A model generated the notes under the pieces. It saw only the letters and a program-made list of their open reading frames with translations. It searched no databases and was not told where the DNA came from. From positions 2,784,001 through 2,848,000 of the forward strand of contig CAWCKY010000006.1 of NCBI GenBank assembly GCA_963796275.1: 64,000 bases of DNA, given 5' to 3'. This document shows, one piece after another, positions 61,025 through 64,000 of the stretch (its first letter is position 1; each line of letters begins with the position of its first letter). The position numbers and the translations under genes are program-made. Origin of the DNA: an uncultured Acidobacteriota bacterium (GTDB taxonomy: Bacteria > Acidobacteriota > Blastocatellia > RBC074).

Positions 61025-62344
61025 ATGAAAGCAAGAGAAGGCTATGTCGGGTACAACGAGCGACGCAAGCGATACTACGCCAGGGTGACCGCGACAGATC
61101 CTGTGACGGGCAAGCGAACTCAATTGATGAGGTTTGCCACGACAAAAACGGAGGCCTTAAAGAAGAAGCGCGAACTCCTCAACCAACTCGACAAAGACGG
61201 CCATGAATCTTTCGTAGGGGATCGCACGAGATTCGCTTATCTGGCGCGGAAGTTCAGGGAAGAGAAGTTGATACCGGCGGTTTACGTGGGCGAAAGGAAA
61301 ATCGCCGGACGTCGTGAACTCAGCGCGCCCCGCTCCTGGCTTTTGCAGCTGGAATATTACTTCGGTGAGATGAAGCTTCCTTCGATCACGGTCGGCGAGA
61401 TCAAGAAGTTCGCGATCTGGCTGTCTAAGATTCCTGCTCGCAGCACTATTGTTGAAGATGATAATGGAAAATTGGTTCTGAATATCAAGGAGAACGGCGG
61501 CCAGAGGAGTATTGAGTCCATCAATCGAGCGGTTGAACTATTGAGAACAGTGCTCAATTACGCGGTCGAGGAGAAGATGCTCCGAGAGGAACAGAATCCT
61601 TTCTCGAGGAAGAAGGCGAGATCATTAATCGACAGACGTGCCGAGTCAAAGCGCGAGCAATTGCCGACCTTCGGCGAAGAGATGGCGTTGCTCGAGGTTT
61701 GTACGGGAGATCGCGCTCATCTACGAGCAGTCCTTATTATCGCTGCTGATTCCGGTTTGAGAAGGAATGAACTCTTTACTCTTTCATGGAAAGAGAAGGA
61801 CATCGACTTTGAAAATCGGCTGATCAGACTCAGAGCTATCAACGCGAAATGGAATAAAGCAAGAACGATCCCGATGACGCAGCGTGCTTACGAAGAACTG
61901 TTGAAACTCAAAGAGCAGTATGGCGATCACCCATCGGGCCTTGTGTTTGGGGGCATCAAAGAGGTGAAAAGATCATTCAATACAGCATGTCGCCTGACGG
62001 GGATTGAAGACCTTCACAAACACGACCTCCGGCACGCATTCGTCACGCGCTCAATCCTGGCAGGCATACCACCGGCTGTGGTTTTGAAGGCCAGCGGCCA
62101 CAGTTCGGACGAATGGAAGCGATATCTCAATGTGACGCCGGATATGCTTCATGATTTGTTCACGCCCCTGAATGGTCAGGAAGCTGAGTCTGTCAAAGCT
62201 TACGGGTTTGAAGTGATGCGCCAGTTGACAGATGCGCTAATGGGATCTTGGAAGACAGGGGGAAACGGCGCATTTTTCCAAGAACTGCGTGCCAAAGTTG
62301 CAATGCCAACTGGATCAGGTCAACGCCAGGCGCAAATGCCATAA
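61025..62344 (+). CDS. Tyrosine recombinase/integrase, full length
   Basis: N-terminal arm-binding-like region (DPVTGKR..TK.EA), R in SGLRRNE, K in NAK, HDLRH, GH, Y. Confidence 0.92.
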   Translation: MKAREGYVGYNERRKRYYARVTATDPVTGKRTQLMRFATTKTEALKKKRELLNQLDKDGHESFVGDRTRFAYLARKFREEKLIPAVYVGERKIAGRRELSAPRSWLLQLEYYFGEMKLPSITVGEIKKFAIWLSKIPARSTIVEDDNGKLVLNIKENGGQRSIESINRAVELLRTVLNYAVEEKMLREEQNPFSRKKARSLIDRRAESKREQLPTFGEEMALLEVCTGDRAHLRAVLIIAADSGLRRNELFTLSWKEKDIDFENRLIRLRAINAKWNKARTIPMTQRAYEELLKLKEQYGDHPSGLVFGGIKEVKRSFNTACRLTGIEDLHKHDLRHAFVTRSILAGIPPAVVLKASGHSSDEWKRYLNVTPDMLHDLFTPLNGQEAESVKAYGFEVMRQLTDALMGSWKTGGNGAFFQELRAKVAMPTGSGQRQAQMP

Positions 62345-62511
62345 TTATGGGTGGAATAATTTGCTCCATTGAGTCGTGTAAGGCTGCTACGCGAAACGTG
62401 CAGTCAGATTTTTGTCGCTGCGAGGCGCGTTCCCGATCATTGGAGAGCCGGCTCATCCGGGCGTATACTTTATTCGATTATGACATTTGATCGCTGATGT
62501 CGGAGGTATTT

Positions 62512-62883
62512 ATGCCAGAGATCGAAAACCCATACGCGCAAGCGACGGTCGAAAATTTTCGCCGGACTCCGGCCAGTTTAAGACCGCAGTTGTTAAAAAT
62601 GCTCGAACGGGAACTGAACGGCGTTGAAGCCGATCAGACTGTTCCCACATCCTCTTTCAGACGAATCCCGTTCGATGATCGCTCAGAGGAGTTTCAGTGG
62701 CTGGCGCAGAACTCTGGCCGGTTTCATGGAGAATGGATTGCCCTGTCCGGGAAGCGCCTTCTGGCTCACAATGTCGATTACAATAAAGTCTCGCAGGAAG
62801 TGAAAAGCCTTGGCATAGATGGAGCTATGTTTATGTTCATCGAAGGTGAAGGGAATGAGGATTTCGTTCGGTTCCTGCCATGA
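62512..62883 (+). CDS. Small hypothetical protein (DUF5678-like), copy 2
   Basis: GEWIAL.G..LLAH. GGAGG RBS. Confidence 0.65.
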   Translation: MPEIENPYAQATVENFRRTPASLRPQLLKMLERELNGVEADQTVPTSSFRRIPFDDRSEEFQWLAQNSGRFHGEWIALSGKRLLAHNVDYNKVSQEVKSLGIDGAMFMFIEGEGNEDFVRFLP

Positions 62884-63299
62884 CTTATCCACTCGAATTC
62901 AAACAAAAATTCATCTATCAGGAGAATGAGCGGGGCATTTTCATTCCGCTCACGCTTGTCTATGGGGCGAAAACTACCGCCTGCGGCGCAAAACTCGATA
63001 CGGGAGCGGACTTTTGTTATTTCAGCCGTGAACACGCTGAAGAGATCGGACTGCAGGTCGAAGCTGGAACTGTGCTTCGCGTAGAAACAAACAGGCCTGA
63101 GCAGCCGATGATTTTTTACGGGCACGAGATCAAAATTCAGGCCCTCGGATATGAAATCGAGACGATGGTCTATTTCTGGGAACACCATCGCTTACCGCGC
63201 AATTTGTTGGGGCGTGCCGGGTGGATCAATAAGTTCAGACTCGCCCTGATTGAACACGATCTGGAATTGTATCTGTCACATCACGATGAACAATCCTGA
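62880..63299 (+). CDS. Retropepsin-like aspartyl protease
   Basis: AKLDTGAD...NLLGR. ATGA-coupled to the upstream gene. Confidence 0.8.
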   Translation: MTYPLEFKQKFIYQENERGIFIPLTLVYGAKTTACGAKLDTGADFCYFSREHAEEIGLQVEAGTVLRVETNRPEQPMIFYGHEIKIQALGYEIETMVYFWEHHRLPRNLLGRAGWINKFRLALIEHDLELYLSHHDEQS

Positions 63300-63370
63300 A
63301 CAATGAGGGGAGGAGCGCGTATCACGTCTGATATGCCGAACGCTGACGCGCGCCGAATATGACAGAGGCA

Positions 63371-63794
63371 ATGGGAAGAATGATTGTATCTGTTAAACAA
63401 AAATTTGACCTGCGCAAGTATTCGCGACTGGTGTCGAAGGTCGCGCCCCTCGTGATCGAGAATAAGGAGGAGTTCGAGCGGGCGGATGCTGAGATCGGTC
63501 GCCTGCTTAAGAAGGGTACGATAACCTCTCCGTCGAGGAAAGAAGACTGTTTGCGCTGCTCAGTAGGCTGATTGAAGATTACGAAGACCAAACCTTCCCC
63601 GTACCAGATAGCCTTCCGCACCAGACGCTTCAGTTTCTGATGGAACAAATGATTTGCGCCAGGCAGACCTGGTGTTGATCTTTGGGTCACGGGGGCGAGT
63701 TTCGGAAGTTGTCAATGGCAAGCGTGCGATCAGCAAGACCCAGGCCAAGGCGCTGGGAGAATTCTTCAAAGTGTCGCCGGAATTGTTCATTTGA
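63371..63794 (+). pseudogene. HigA-like HTH antitoxin with two frameshifts
   Basis: P.VIEN.EE, LL..LIEDYE, L.FLMEQ, LRQADL..IFGSRGRVSEVVNGKRAISK. Confidence 0.8.
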
Positions 63795-64000
63795 GCGATT
63801 GGAGTCATATGTTCGTGTCAACGGCATTCAGGCAGTTCCTCACGGCTGAAAACGGGGCGGATTGCCGGTTAAAGCGCTCACCCTTCATACTCACCGCGAT
63901 GGCCTGCAACTCGCTGGCGCGGTCCTCCTTTTCAACAGGTTGTCTCGGTTTTACCGTTCGCTGCCATAAAAACTCATCGAAATCCTCCACCCCGACAATC

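Larger units (their letters stand above)
61344..63462 (+). repeat. Copy 2 of the 2.1-kb direct repeat
   Basis: Near-identical by eye to 48777-50891. Confidence 0.95.

Noticed and set aside
63805-64000. Minus-strand ORF at the right edge
   Set aside because: It is partial and has no recognisable motif, so it cannot be called.

Overview
A bacterial window, most likely from an Acidobacterium (possibly Blastocatellia-like). This is inferred from the carboxypeptidase-domain TonB receptors, an 'acido-empty' quinoprotein and an ADOP-type permease fragment. It has three parts. (1) About 2.9-24.5 kb is an intact cobalamin locus under two B12 riboswitches. It encodes cobN with a ChlI/ChlD-type chelatase, a Ni/Co transporter, btuB/btuD/btuF(x2)/btuC, cobO, a cbiW-like ferredoxin, cobQ, cbiB, cobD, cobU, a pduO-type enzyme and cobC. 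It has no corrin-ring synthesis genes and only a 24-codon cobT-like stub, so it looks like a corrinoid salvage and cobalt-insertion pathway. (2) About 24.5-48.7 kb is an accessory mosaic of small genes and gene remnants, several integron attC-like sites without an intI, REP-like palindromes and a TnpB-only IS200/IS605 element. It also holds the most striking signal, a metal-handling locus at 39.3-45.8 kb. Its central gene reads signal peptide, then a heavy-metal-associated domain with C-G-N-TGA followed by a SECIS-like hairpin, then an outer-membrane barrel, which makes it a candidate selenoprotein. It is flanked by two Cys-rich small proteins, a TlpA thioredoxin and a TonB receptor with a Met-rich insert. 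(3) About 48.8-64 kb has two near-identical 2.1-kb integrase modules in direct orientation around an arsenic-resistance cargo. A tRNA-Pro 3' fragment flanked on both sides by arm-type repeats (attP-like) suggests tandemly accreted integrative elements. Many single-base frameshifts right of 27 kb may be sequencing errors, so pseudogene calls there are provisional.
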